Assembly (NCBI GenBank): GCA_000002435.2
Contig: AACB03000018.1
Strand: one strand, 5' to 3'
Length of the DNA stretch: 11,372 nucleotides
From: Giardia intestinalis
Lineage: Eukaryota
This document shows, piece after piece, positions 11,201-11,372 of this stretch (positions are counted from its first letter, which is position 1; each line of letters opens with the position of its first letter). The notes beneath the pieces were generated by a model that searched no databases, was not told the origin of the DNA, and saw nothing but the letters and a program-made list of their open reading frames with translations. A program made the translations under genes and the position numbers.

Positions 11201-11372
11201 TCCGGACAGCTAGGCCCATCGACACCTCGTTGACCGGGGAAATGGGACTCCGGGCCAGCTAGGCCCATCGACGCACCTCGTTGACCGGGAAACAGCATGC
11301 CAGGACAGGTTGGCCCATCGACGCACCTCGTTGACCGGGGAAATGGGACTCCGGCCAGCTAGGCCCATCGAC
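8300..11372. repeat. 3' domain lacking the AT core variant entirely. It is indel-rich and contains chimeric A/B monomers
   Basis: No cgacatacc occurs after ~8294, and every core reads cgacgcacc or the 2-bp deleted form. Chimeric heads are at 9022-9071 (atgggactccgg+acaggtt), ~10037-10055 (atgcatgccggcagcta), ~11096-11112 (aagcatccggacagcta) and ~11201-11215 (atgggactccggacagcta). Confidence 0.8.

Larger units (their letters stand above)
211..11372. repeat. Tandem satellite array of 51-bp monomers, about 220 copies and at least 11.16 kb, truncated by the window end. Invariant 31-bp core ggcccatcgac[gc/at]acctcgttgaccggggaa plus one of two 20-bp heads (A: acagcatgccaggacaggtt; B: atgggactccgggccagcta)
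   Basis: Monomers were read and typed one by one along the window. Head-to-tail periodicity is 51 bp throughout. Consensus A unit has a12 c16 g16 t7 (62.7% GC) and B unit 66.7% GC. The identical 17-aa periodic translations in the ORF track (MPGQVGPSTHLVDRGNS, GTPGQLGPSTHLVDRGN and others) reflect the 51 = 3x17 period. Confidence 0.97.

Noticed and set aside
211-11372. CRISPR array
   Set aside because: The repeats are directly contiguous with no unique spacers between them, and the unit is 51 bp with eukaryote-style higher-order structure. This is a satellite, not repeat-spacer architecture.
1-11372. Mobile element, rDNA, tRNA or telomeric repeat
   Set aside because: There are no terminal inverted or direct repeats bounding a unit, no tRNA-like cloverleaf, no rRNA-like conserved stretches and no (TTAGGG)n-type simple repeat. 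Everything after 211 is the single 51-bp family.

Overview
This window contains no supportable gene. Positions 1-210 are unique, AT-rich sequence (~33% GC). At about position 211 the sequence switches abruptly to a GC-rich (~63-67%) tandem satellite array of 51-bp monomers. The array runs unbroken to the window end at 11372, so it is at least 11.16 kb long with about 220 monomers, and its far edge is not seen.

Every monomer carries an invariant 31-bp core (ggcccatcgac[GC/AT]acctcgttgaccggggaa). Two homologous but diverged 20-bp heads precede it. Class A is acagcatgccaggacaggtt (about 61% of monomers) and class B is atgggactccgggccagcta (about 37%). A GC/AT dinucleotide dimorphism in the core gives four monomer types: A, a, B and b, where lower case marks the AT form.

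The array has strong higher-order structure:
- An A-only edge block at 211-715.
- (A-b-B-b) quartets in the 5' third.
- A 9-monomer block A-a-A-a-A-A-A-A-B present three times, twice at an exact 1377-bp offset (27 monomers).
- An (A-b-B)x4 run at 7090-7702.
- A central domain (5002-8230) that is almost free of indels, flanked by indel-rich domains.
- Complete loss of the AT core variant in the last ~3 kb.
- Several chimeric A/B monomers near the 3' end.

The many long ORFs in the six-frame track are artefacts. The repeat is 51 = 3x17 bp, and 5 of 6 frames lack stop codons in A units and 3 of 6 across both classes. Scattered indels break every frame, and no frame has a unique start or end. I therefore call no CDS. 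The origin is most likely a eukaryotic satellite (centromeric or subtelomeric class), but I cannot name the family or taxon from sequence alone.
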